Source: Octopus sinensis
Taxonomy: Eukaryota
DNA length: 64,000 bases
NCBI RefSeq assembly: GCF_006345805.1
Contig: NC_043003.1
Location: forward strand, 96,286,001-96,350,000
Direction: 5' to 3'
The notes below the pieces were generated by a model. That model did no database searches, was not told where the DNA came from, and worked only from the letters and a program-made list of their open reading frames with translations. Numbering within the stretch: position 1 is the stretch's first letter; the number at the start of each line of letters is the position of its first letter. Both the position numbers and the translations under genes were made by a program. Shown here in pieces: positions 1 to 60,404 of this stretch.

Positions 1-1862
1 TGTCTGTAGATGGGTGCACAATGACAAGGCATGTGAGAGTTGAAATTTATCTATTATAGTCGCAGGCAGGGCTGTGTGATAAGAAGCTTGCTTCCCAAAC
101 ACATGGTTCTGGGTTCAGTCCCACTGCATGGCATCTTGGACAAGTGTCTTCTACTATTACTTCAGTCCGATCAAAGCTTTGTGAGGGGATTTGATAGAAG
201 GAAATTGAAAGAACCCCATCGTGTGTGTGTGTGTCCAACCAGTGTTGGGATAAGAACAAAGCTTAAAAAAAAAAAGGTATTGTGATCAATGTCTTTGACT
301 AAAAATTCCTCAAGGCAGTGCCCCAGCTTGATTGTAGTCTAATGACTGAAACAAGTAAAAACTATAAATATATTGGAGAGAAAGAAACAAAATCTTAGGG
401 GAAGTAGGGGTTAGTCAGTGCTATTGACTGGTACTTTATTTTATCAAATCTGAAGGGATTAAATAAAATAATAATGAAATTATTGTATACAGTGCTCAGG
501 TGCACCACGACAAAGGCAAAGTTGATTTTGGATGTATTTGAACATATTATTTAATTGATCAGTTCGAAAGGGATGAAAAGTAAAGTTGATTTCAGCAGGA
601 TTTGAACCCAGAATAATAATATAATCCGTTCCACTACAGGCACAAGGCCAATAATTTCAGGAAGAAGGTAAGTTGAATACATCTGCTCCAGAGCTCAACT
701 GGTACTTATTTTATTGACCTCAAAAGGATGAAAGGCAAAGTTAACTTCGGTGGAATTTGAACTCAGAGTGTAAAGACAGACAAAATGCCACTAAGCATTT
801 TGTTCAGCATGCTAATGGTTCTACCAGCTCACCACCTTATTTGAAAGACAGCTGAAATACTGCTAAGCATTTTGTTCAGCATGCTAACAATTCTGCCAGC
901 TCACCACCTTACCCAGAATAATAATATAATGCTATCTATTTGTTCAAGAAGGGACACAGATAATTGAATCAATCTTAAAATATGATTGGATCTGTGATAC
1001 ATGATTGGATCTGTGATACAATACAGCTGAAATTTATTTATGACATAAAATATATTGGAGGGAAAGCAATAATTACAATACTCTTGTTACAGTATAATGT
1101 ATTCTAATCTAAGTATAAGATCAGGAGATTTGGGGGAAGAATCATATATGTTACTGACACCAGTAATTGATGTTAGGGCAGAGGTATAATTGACTGAATT
1201 GACCCCCTGTACTTGAAATAATTAGCACCTAACTATCTGTCAAATACTAGGAGTTGATTTTTAATTGATTATATTATTACTGAATAACTTGCAGTTCCTA
1301 CAGTAGATTCTCTAAAGTTATGTCCACATCAAAGGATTTATATATCCAGTTTGGTGAGGAGACACACACACATACACACACATATATAAATGATGAATGT
1401 GATGACATTGATGAAGATGGTGATGATGATGATGGTGATTAAGAATTATGAATGGGATGGTAGGAGTAATGTGATAGTGATGGGAGTGATGAATATGCTT
1501 TCTTAAAGATATTTCAAGCACATTTTAATATAGCTGACCACAATGACAACAACAACAATAATGGTTTCAAATTTTTCCACTAGGGCAGCAATATTTTGGA
1601 AGGGGATAAGTCGATTACATCGACCTTAGTGTTCAACTGGTGCTCATTTCATTGACCCCAAAAGGACGAAAGGTAAAGTTGACCTCGGCGGAATTTGAAC
1701 TCAGAATGTAGCAACAGGTGAAATACTGCTAAGCATTTCATCTGGTGCACTAATGATTCTGCCAGCTTGTCACCTTAATAATAATAATAATGATAATGAT
1801 GATGATGACGATGATGATGATGATGACGATGATGATGATGATGACGATGATGAGATGATGAT

Positions 1863-2345
1863 AAACATTGTTTTATCTTAGTATAAAAGATGGGCTACAG
1901 CAAATATTCTGTTCAATATCACAGATTTGCTTGTCAGTTGTTTGACCTTAACCAGTCGAACATGTCCCTTAGTGGCTGACGATATGTGCATCTCTGATCA
2001 CGAGCAAAAGTAGTGGGGGAGCATCATAGCCATATGCTGAATTCTTTGGGGTTTGGATAATTCACCTTTGGAAATATGTGTGTTCTGTTCAACATCCTTA
2101 AGCAACCCTTATTCAGAGACCTTTTGAGCAGGTTGGGCTACTCAACCTGAAGACAATTCTAACTGGGCCCCACCTGCAAGGTCATGTACTGTTAATCTTG
2201 ATATGAGGTCACTATGTCATGCTCATATAGTTGTGATGCATGTGCCTGGTGTACCCTTATCAGACGGGTAGTCATGATGGGTATACTGGGCTGCGTATAT
2301 TTTACCCCAGTGTCACTTTGATGGCATGCACTACTTGCTCACTCA
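1863..2345 (+). mobile_element. Interspersed repeat 'family C' (up to about 540 bp), 5'-truncated copy ending CTCACTC(AAT)n
   Basis: Aligns by eye to 18841-19375 (+) and 52558-52891 (-). Strand assigned from the (AAT)n tail. Confidence 0.85.
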
Positions 2346-3347
2346 ATAATAATGATAATAATTATAATAATAACTTCTGATGATAATGGGAATGTGCAAA
2401 GAAGAGTGGTACTGCTGCTACTGATAATGCTAATGAAAATGCTGCGATAATGATGTAGTTGAGAATGGTTCCAACAGGTGGGAAGGTGGGGTGAGTGATG
2501 GTGATGACAACAATGACATTGATGACAGCAATAATAATGGGGATGGAGCAGGGACTGATAGTGATGAAGACCCTGATGCTAGAGATGACAATGACAGCAG
2601 TGGCAATAAAAATTATGATGGTGGCAATGGTAAAGGTGGTGGTGGTGTCAGCAGAGGCACTGATGATGAGGATGAGGATGAGGATTTTTTTTTTTCCTTA
2701 GAGATGCTTCAGGCACATTTCTGACTGTAACCCAACATCAATGTTCCAATACACCCCTTAATTTTATGTCTACATTCATTCTCATTCCTCAAACCTGTGC
2801 TTCCTTCTCCTTCCCCTCCTCCTCCTTGTCCCCTTCCTCCACCATTACATTATACCTTCCTGATTTATACTGAAGTAAATAATGTGCTTGAAATGCTTGG
2901 ATGGAGTTGATAAGGAATTATAGAGTGAACTGCAAGTAATTGTCTACATTACCGTAGTTATGTTCAAGTAGATTATAACTTGTTACACGTTTTGGATTAT
3001 TGGAAAGGAGAGTGATAATCGAGAACTAGTTTTGGCAAGGCATTGCTACTGCATTTGGCAATAAGAATGTGGGAGTGTGGGAGTAATCAGATTGAAACAG
3101 ATGGCACTTGTAAATTTGTAGTAAATGAAGGATGACTGTTTAATGGATGAGCAAACACATGTGCAGTCACATACATGCACGCACACACACACACATGCAT
3201 GCACATGCACACACACACACATACGAATTTGTGTGTGTGTGTGTGAACACATTAAATATATGAATATAATTGTAGACATACATAAGTGTATGTGTGTGCA
3301 TGTGTATGTGAGTCTCTTTTATATATGTGTGTGTATATATATATGCT

Positions 3348-3385
<38 letters not shown>

Positions 3386-5399
3386 CTTTATATATATATA
3401 TATATATAACTTTTCTTGTTATATATGTATGATTATATAAGCATTTACAGGAACCTACACATATACATGTTTACATATATATGCACACATACACATGCAC
3501 TTTCATAGATACATTTATTCTACTTATATTCAAGAGAAAGAAGAGAGAGAGGGGGACGGAGGTAAAAAAAAAAGAGAAGAGAAGAAGAAGAGAGAGAGAG
3601 AGAGATGCAATATTAACCTGAGATAATTAGAATGACTGCAACCAGAAATGATGTCATTGAGAAATTGTCATATCGACCTATCTGATATATACACTTCTTG
3701 TGAATATCTCTCTACCTACTAGAAATTGCAGCCAAATCTCCCTCAGTTCACATCCTACATTCATCAGAAAGAGAAGACCACATTGGATAACATATTCTTT
3801 GATACTCCAAAACAAAAGAACAAGATGGTTCTGGCTTGAACACTTTTTGTCATAATTATGCTCATTCAGGTTTGACCTGGGACTAAATAGCAGTATCAGC
3901 AGATTCCTAAGGGTTTGAAAAATAAAAATGGGGCTCATTTGGAGTTTGAGCATCTGTTTAGGGATACATCGATTTATACACGTGCATGCACGCATGCATG
4001 CATACATGCATGTTTACATACATGTATATATGTGTGCATACATACACATACATAGGCATTGAATTTTGAAAAGTAGTCTGGAGGCAAAAAAAAGTTACAG
4101 CCTTGGTCTAAAACTACATCAGTTGAAACAAGAACTTACTGCCATAGCTGGAAAACTACAACATTGTGCATGTGTGTGTGCATGTATGTGTTAGTGTGTG
4201 TGCATTTGTATGTGCATGAGTGTGTGTTTGTGTATGTGTGCATGTGTGTGTGAATGTACATACTGTTTACTATATAAGCAATGCATATTAGCTAAATTTG
4301 TAAGCATTACTGATTTGTGTATGTGCACTGTTTACTCTGTCAGAAATGCATTTTAGCAAAAGTTGTGAGAGATCTAAAAAAAAGCTTGTATTTTTGAGCA
4401 AAAATTCTTCTTAGTTTTTGTTGCATTCATTTTGCCCAGGCATCTCCTTGTCACTTTTGCTGTTGGAAATGCACATATTGACAAATTGCTAATTATCAAC
4501 CAAATTTAATTTTAACAGTCACAGCTGATTATGTGGTATAAATGATAGCCTGTCTAAAAATTCTGTCAAACAGAGCTATTTAACTCTTACTCATATGATT
4601 GTACTGATTCAGTTTTCTTATTTTTTATTTTTTTAAATAAATTTTATGGGTACTTCTAGGGGCAATGTAATTAGGGTGTATGTAGATTGCTCAAAGAAGT
4701 AAACTAAAATTGTTTCAAAATTCCCAAGAAAACTGAAAGAGAAACTCAGTAATATATCCGCGTTTTGATCATCTCAGAAGTGCTCCACAAATGCAATAGT
4801 TCAGTATACATAATATATATAAAACTCACTTTGCAATCACAAGGTTTTAGTTTCAATTCCATTGTACATCACCTTGTGAGAGTTTTGTACTATTGTCCTG
4901 GGTGGCCATTATCATGAGAGTGAATTTAGTAGTTGGAAACTGGGTGGAAACCTGTCGTGTATGTGTTTGTATTTGTCCCTCCCACCACTTGACAACCAGT
5001 GTTGGTTTGTTTATACTCAAAGGACTTAGCTGATAGAATAAGTCCCAGACTTAAAAAATAAGTTCTAGGGTTAATTTATTTGACTAAAGGTGGTGCCCCA
5101 GCATGGTCTCAGTCCAATGACTGAAACAAGTAAAGGATAAAAGATAAGAGATTGTACTTTAAATTACATTACGAAATACTCAGATAATTTGTCATCAGAT
5201 GTTGAGTTTAACGTTGGTCTTTCAAATTATAAAATAAATCACCAAAGGATTTTAACCCTTTAAGTGCAAAAGTAAATTTCATGGTTATTCTAGTAATGAT
5301 GTTAAATATTTACCAAAAATATGGAATTGGTATTTTCTGTAATTCACGTTGCCTTGGTGAACTTGATATAACTCAGCAAAAAATAATTTCAAACATGGA

Positions 5400-5725
5400 G
5401 GAAGCACTCCGTCGGTTACAACGACGAGGGTTCCGGTTGATCCGATCAACGGAACAGCCTGCTCGTGAAATTAACGTGTAAGTGGCTGAGCACTCCACAG
5501 TCACGTGTACCCTTAACGTAGTTCTCGGGGATATTCAGCGTGACACAGAGAGTGACAAGGCCGGCCCTTTGAAATACAGGTACAACAGAAACAGGAAGTA
5601 AGAGTGCGTGGAGCTTTAGGTGTTTTCGCTCAATAAACACTCACAACGCCCGGTCTGGGAATTGAAACCGCGATCCTACGACCTCGAGTCCGCTGCCCTA
5701 ACCACTGGGCCATTGCACCTCCACA
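5400..5725 (-). mobile_element. tRNA-headed SINE 'family E'
   Basis: Minus-strand head has an A box TGGCCCAGTGG and a B-box-like GGTTTCAATTCC; the head is shared with 23075-23370 (-) and 42716-43025 (+). Confidence 0.85.
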
Positions 5726-6550
5726 TTTCAAACATGACATTTCCCAACAAAAGAATGATTGGTATATAAATCTGCTTTCTGCAGTAAAAAGGTTAAAGAG
5801 TGGTACAATACTTTGCAAGACATATTATTGAAATGACTGACAACTTAAGAGTTTACTGTTCAAATCTGACGACTGCCATATAAGACAATAAAGCTTCTAG
5901 AGTAATGTAATTCTCTATTGCTATAACTTTTATTTCAACTAGTCTTGACATTTTATATCCCATATAATGTCTCCTTCTTATTCAAGTAAGAAACTTTATT
6001 ATCAAGTCTTTGAGTTTGCTTGTTGTAATGCAAGCAAAGTCAACGACTTAATAGTAATAGTTGTGTGTATACTTATGTATCATCATCATCATCATCACTT
6101 GATGTCTGTTCCATGCTGGCATGCTTTGGATGGTTTGACAAGAACTGGAAGTTGCTGGACTGTGCTGAGCTCCAGTGTTGGCTTTGACATGGTTTTTATG
6201 GCTTCATGCCATTCTTAAGGCCAATCGCATTTCTGTTTTACTGGATGCTTTCTGCATGCAACTGGTACTAGTGAGATTACCAAGTAAGTTTCAAGACAAC
6301 AAAGAACTGAAATGGAAAAGGCTCCTGTGGCTGTGTGTGGGTGGAGAGTATTAGGAAAGGAGAGGTGGTATTATGCCAGTTGCTGAGAGACTAAAGTATT
6401 ATAGAAGAACAAGCATATATATGTTTATATTGCAGAGAGAAGAGAGGGGACTGAGTGTATGCATGTATGTATGAGAGTTGTGATCAATTTCTCCTTTATC
6501 AAGTGAAGCATAATAATAATTATTTACTGTAATTGGATTCTTAATTGTAG

Positions 6551-54664
<48,114 letters not shown>

Positions 54665-56180
54665 GTAAATTTTATTACTCACCTTTGTCTAAAAAAAAAA
54701 AATTCTTAGTATCTGATAAATAAGTTACTTTATTTATGCAGCCAGCTTGGAATTAGATATTTTTATTTAAAAATAAATGTTTGAAGTTTTTATTACATTA
54801 TGCTAGAAATAATAATATGATTGTTTTGTTTCTTTTTCTGTTATAGATCTTTTATCGTTTGCTTGTTTCAATCATTGGAATGCAACCCTACTGGGAAACT
54901 GCATTAAAAGGTTTTTAGTCAAACAAATAGACTCCCAGTACTTAATATTTTTTTTAAAGTCTGGTACTTATCGGTCTCTTTTGCTGAACTACAAAATTAT
55001 AGGGATATAAACAAACCAATACTGTTTGTCAAGCAGTTGAAAAGTAGGAAGAAATACTGCAACAAAGACACATATACAAGTATATACACATGACAGGCTT
55101 CCACATATTTTTCATCTATCAAATTCACTCACAGGGCATTGGTTGACCTCGAGCTGTTTATACATCAAAATGCAGAAAGGGATAAAGTAAAAAAAAAAAA
55201 AAAAAAAACAACTAAAAAAGAAATCTCAGGAAATTTAACTGAAACTGAAATTTGGCTAAGATATAATAGAAATACTGAACTCCATTTGACTTTTAGATAA
55301 TATTTTTAGTTTCTCTCAGTAAGTTCATTATGTTATTTTTAATTTTCATCTGCACGCTGTAAATCACTGAATCATTTCAGGATAAAAAATGTACTCTTCA
55401 ACATAAAATCAGAGCTGGGGAATTTAGCTGGAAACTGAGAAAGGTTTGGAATAAAATTAAAAATAGAAGGAAGCTATGGAAGTGAAAATATTTTTCTGTT
55501 AATAGAAACTTCCAAACAGTACAAAGAGATGCCTAAAGGGAGAACATAAAAGAGAAGAGAGCTGGGTATTTCAAAGAGATAATCTGCTGTGAGCAGTTCA
55601 TCAGTTCTGTAAATAGTGCAAACTCTGTGTTGATAGGATGTTAATGAGGGACACATTTCTCTTTATATAGGATGACAGTCATTCACAGGTAAATTTTCTC
55701 ATGGGAAAAACTGAATATGATACTAGAGGCTAATGAAGCACTTAACATGGTAGCAGTGCGTAGTAGTGTTACGTCCATTAGAACTAAGTGACCAGTTTTG
55801 AAGGAGTGAAAAAAAGATGTGGTTAAGAGTAATAATAAGAGATTAGGTGGGAATTGAGATGCTAAGTGTAAATAGCATAAAGGGAATACTGATTAGAGGA
55901 TGTTCACTTTTGTGTCATGTGGCTGAGAGCTGTGAAGTGATCTGAATCAGAGCAGTGTGTTCATGTGAACCAGGGTATCATTGATATATGCTAGGATAAC
56001 AGAGAAAATGCACTGTGCATGCATGTGGGTGTATGCACTATTTTTTTTATGATTGGCATCACAAGTTGATTGAGACTGCTTTATATGATTGTGCGAATAT
56101 ATGTGCAGATTAAGTGTGTATACATTTGTGAGGGTTAATGTGTGTGTATACACATACACACACACACACACATGTATTAA

Positions 56181-56389
56181 GCCTTTTGTATTTAAACTGG
56201 CCATAACCAGCTAAAATATTCTGCCACTTTTATGTTCAAACTGGCCAGATCCAAATTCTTACACTTAACCTAAAAATAAACAATTACACCATCAAATTCT
56301 TAAGTCACGAGATAATGCATGATTAATTTAAAACAATGTAAATAAATAAATAAGCCGTAGATTTAACTGTGTAATGTGAATGTTATGGG
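56181..56389 (+). mobile_element. piggyBac-type TTAA MITE
   Basis: TTAA on both flanks (56177-56180 and 56390-56393). Confidence 0.85.
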
Positions 56390-57350
56390 TTAACACATGC
56401 ACACACATATCAACAAACATATATATTAGTTTCAAATTTTGGCACAACGCCAGTGAGTTTGGGGGACAGGGTAATTTGATTACATCAGCCCCAGTACTCA
56501 GCTGCTACTTATTTTATTGACCCCTAAAGGATGGAAGGCAAAGTTGACCTTGGCAGAATTTGAACTCAGAATGTAAAAACAAGTGAAATGCCACTAAGTA
56601 TTTTGCTCAATGTGCTAACAATTCTGCCAGCTCTCCACCTTAATACACACACACACACACCACACACACACACACATATATAAATTATATATTAACATTA
56701 TATATACATATACAAGCACCCATGTAAATTAAATTTATTGCTGCTCAACACTGTTTGTATTTTTAAACAAAACAAAGAAACCATAATAATTTAAAATAAT
56801 TTAGCATCTTCATTAACACCTTGCTGCAGTAATTACTATGCTGTGTGCCTTTGACACATTATTAGCATCTATATACTTGGATAAATTCCTGATTAGTTTC
56901 AATCCCAAACATACAAAGTTTTTTTTTTAATTCCAGTATGGTTTTCATTTAATTTTGATTTGATGGCATTGAAAAATGTGTGTCTGTATGAAGTATATAC
57001 ATGTTTAAGTGTATGAGTACGAATTATGTAATGATGTAGCTATATATACATATATTTCAGTATTATTGTATACATGTATGTTTACATGTGGATAAACAAA
57101 TTGAGTTGAACACATGCATTATCTCAGAACATACATGGAAAATCAGATCGTATATATGTATTCATGTGTATATGTATGCTTGCAAGTGCATATGAGAGTG
57201 CATATGTGTGAATGAGTATAATTACTGTATGTGTGTAGAAAAAACTTTTTTTTAGGCATGTGCACATATATGTGAATGTGTGTGTGTTTATATATGTGTA
57301 TATATGTATGCATATGAGTATGTATATATGTATAAATATATATATATATA

Positions 57351-58188
57351 TATTGTATATTTCTCCATATAAGACAACCTTTAAATCTTAAAATTTACCC
57401 TAAAAATTTGGGGGTCGTCTTATACCACCATTCTAAAAATTAAACTTTGAATTTTAAGGGATTTTATAAGTAAGCTAACCTCAACCTCGGTGCCATAACC
57501 ACAAACATACATGAGCAGATTAACAAAATAAAAAAAATTATAATATAGGTAATAAAAACATTTTGACTTATATATTATTGGCATATCTTTATAATATATC
57601 TTTCTCTATATAAATAACCTATTCGAGAGATAATTCTATATCATTGAAATCAGCTTTTATCTATGTGAGCTCAGCTGAGAAAATGTAAACATCAAGTTAT
57701 GGTTGCGCTCACAGTAACCTTTATCTTTTGCTCACCTTCAAAAATTTTAATGGTGATGTATAACTAGTAATAACATTTAGAATAACATATTTATATTTTT
57801 CGTAAAATATCTATTATCATTTGGTGGTAAATAATGCAATTTGGATTACTCACAACTTTTATTTTTCGATAGAATTATGTTACAGTAGTTGCATTTAAAA
57901 CATAAGACATTATAATTTTTTAAAAATTTCCTATCAAGATAAATAATATTAATAAAACACCGAACCTGCCACATGTATTTATCTAAAACCTATCAAATTT
58001 CTCACAATCATCACTATCTGTTTCTAAAAGTTTCTCATACATATCACAAGATTCATCACATATGCCATCATCATATGGATTCCAGTCTGGTTCTGTTTCT
58101 GGTGAATTCGCTTTGACTTTGTCATTGCTATTGTACAGAATATCATCTTCAGTACCATCCTTGGCATTAGAGATACTGCATTTTTTAA
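57351..58188 (-). mobile_element. pogo/Tigger-like DNA transposon, 3' end
   Basis: Minus-strand (F)KKCSISNAKDGTEDDILY plus an acidic tail, the pogo C-terminal motif. The Tigger-like end follows (TA)n and has an internal inversion TATAAGACAACC / GGTCGTCTTATA at 57368-57424. Confidence 0.85.
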
Positions 58189-59593
58189 CCCTTTACTGTT
58201 CAGATTAATTTGTCAGATGTAATGCTTATCTGTTCACATTAATTTTGATTTATTCAGGTTCAAGTGGGGTGTCCACAATATTAGCTTGTAACTTTGTAAT
58301 TTTCTACATACAGATTTGAAATTTTGTAAATTTTGCCAGTGATTTATAGTTACATAATTTTAGCTGATCTTTCTGATTAAATTTGACTTTTATGGGCAGG
58401 TAAATTTAATTAATGGGTGTAAAAACAATAACATTATGAATAAACACTAAAATTCATATTCATAATACATCTTACCTGTTTGATTTGTTACTAAAAGTAT
58501 CCCAGATGTGAAACACCAACAATTTTACATTTTTCAAGATATGGTACATTAATTTGAATTAATTAAAATACAGGTGTAACCGGTACAAGATTTTATTCTT
58601 TCTCTATATTTCATTCAAACATTTTCATTGAAAATAAAGTACAAAACTCTTTTACTAGTCAACATACCATTTGCTATGTACTCTTATTCACTGAAATGAA
58701 TTCATTTATGTAACAGAATGCCTCTAATGAAAAAAAAGCTCATTAACAGGTGAGTCAATGGGGAATACAGGTGTGTAACATACTGAAAATTAATATGTAT
58801 TTCACATATTATTTATAATAAAATGAAAAGGAATATATGATGAAATAATATAGTTATGACATATTTCTGTGATGAAACTGCCCAAAGCACCCTTTACACA
58901 AGGGCACTTTGCAAAAGGAACACATATACGAAGTCTCAATCTGATACCCTTTTGCAGTTTTTCTTTTTTGCAGCAAACACAGACTGCAAACTTTTTTCTT
59001 CCATTTATCTTTTTGATATCTATGAAAGTCAATATTTTCTCTGTTGGCATCCACCTCAGTTAATTTTACTTTTCTCCCAGTTCTGTGCTTTCTAGAAGAA
59101 AAGCCTTCATGTATCTGAGATGCAATGTCAACCCGAAACTTCAAATGGTCGTAGTCCTTTGGTGGCAAATGTACCTTGTGGCTTTTTACATATACAATAT
59201 ATGAATTAACTATAGTTAAATTAACTAAAGACCACAAAATGTACCTCCACCATTTCTTCCCAGGTCAACCAACTGGATAATATGCCCAATACTGGTCAGA
59301 TTTATCAACCCCACCCATATATTTGGTATAACAAATATTTACTAGGGGTTTCCCCTCTGCACCAATACCAGGTTGTTCATTAGTAGACAGAAATAAAATC
59401 TGTCTTTTGTCTTTGAAAGCAGTAGCTAATAAATTTTCCTTTTGCATTTGTAAAATGTTTCCCCTTCTTTTTTATTTTGTTTTCATTTCACAAGGTAAAC
59501 CTTTACAGTTTCCCATAACAGTACTGCATGTGTAAGTACTTACACTAGCAAGATTTTCTGCTAAAGCCACTGAAGAAAAGAAATGCTCAAAAT
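58189..59593 (-). mobile_element. piggyBac transposon, 3' half, with a decayed transposase (58854-59590)
   Basis: FEHFFSSVALAENL...KYMGGVDKSDQ...KKWWRYILW...and a C-terminal cysteine-rich domain CSLC...CSFCKVPLCKGCFGQFH, all in one frame with two stops; end TTAA-CCCTTT at 58185-58194. Confidence 0.92.
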
Positions 59594-59946
59594 ATATATA
59601 TATACATATCTATGTATTTATGTGTCTGCGTTTGTCCCCCCCACCATCACTTGACAACTGATGTTGCTGTGTTTATGTCCCCATAACTTAGTGGTTTGCC
59701 AAAAGAGACTGATAGAATAAGTACTAGGCTTACAAAGAATAAGTCCTGGGGTCGATTTGTTCAACTAAAGGCAATGCTCCAACATGGCTGCAGTCAAATT
59801 ACTGAAACAAGCAAAAGAATATATATATTATATATTTATAAATATATACATATATACATACACATATGCATTGAACCATTAATCCCTACACATTTTTTTC
59901 TCTGTCTGCTCTTTTCATTCTGTTTCCATTTTTTTCCTTCTTAATC

Positions 59947-59982
59947 CTTTCTGTCCAAGAGCATAGGCTCGAAATGTCAAAG
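59947..59982 (+). ncRNA. Degenerate hammerhead-like motif in a (TA)n-anchored short element
   Basis: CUUU-CUGUCCA-A-GAGC-AUAG-GCUC-GAAA-UG-UC-AAAG: stems I and II intact, catalytic core decayed. Confidence 0.5.
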
Positions 59983-60067
59983 GCTTTTCCATTCTCCACG
60001 CGCATTAAACTAATACACTTGCTTGTTCTTACTTCACCTGTCTTTTTGTTTTCTATAAATTTAACTA

Positions 60068-60112
<45 letters not shown>

Positions 60113-60138
60113 GGGGCAATACCCCGAAACGCGTCTGT
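60113..60138 (+). ncRNA. 3' half of a hammerhead motif directly after (TA)n
   Basis: GGGG-CAAUA-CCCC-GAAA-CGCG-UC-UGU with palindromic ACGCGU; the 5' CUGAnGA is absent. Confidence 0.45.
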
Positions 60139-60361
60139 AGCTGCCGGCCAAGTAGTGTGGAGCGACTGACCTCCCTTGTTCAAAGGTTATATGGATACAG
60201 TTTGTGTATCAAATAGCTAACTTAAGGCGATGGCCTCATGGAGCTAATAAGCGGTCAGCTTTTTTCTTATTTTTATAAGAATGCCATATTAGTATGGCGA
60301 TAACTAATATTTTCCGGGAACGCTGCCGTTGTTCTCTTTTAGAGAGACTTAGTAATTTTAA

Positions 60362-60404
<43 letters not shown>

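Noticed and set aside
982-1019. Perfect 19-bp tandem duplication
   Set aside because: Ordinary slippage or repair duplication with no associated element
2491-2724. Asp/Gly-rich 77-aa ORF
   Set aside because: Decayed GAT/GGT trinucleotide repeat with no splice or homology support
3678-4007. 109-aa minus-strand ORF
   Set aside because: No recognisable motif in any frame; starts in a microsatellite
5400-5725. tRNA genes at SINE heads (also 23300-23370 and 42716-42790)
   Set aside because: A and B boxes are present but there is no complete cloverleaf and they continue into SINE bodies
1-6550. Search for the preceding small ABCA exon (IFLKVAE-type)
   Set aside because: No candidate with both splice sites and homology; it is probably upstream of the window
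55470-55830. Possible CR1/Jockey RT remnant on the minus strand
   Set aside because: Only vague motif resemblance with many stops; needs tBLASTx to support
58311-58349. FVNFASD, resembling the ABCA terminal VFVNFA motif
   Set aside because: The nearest acceptor gives ATT TGA, an in-frame stop before the motif; it closes after a few codons and lies within the piggyBac end
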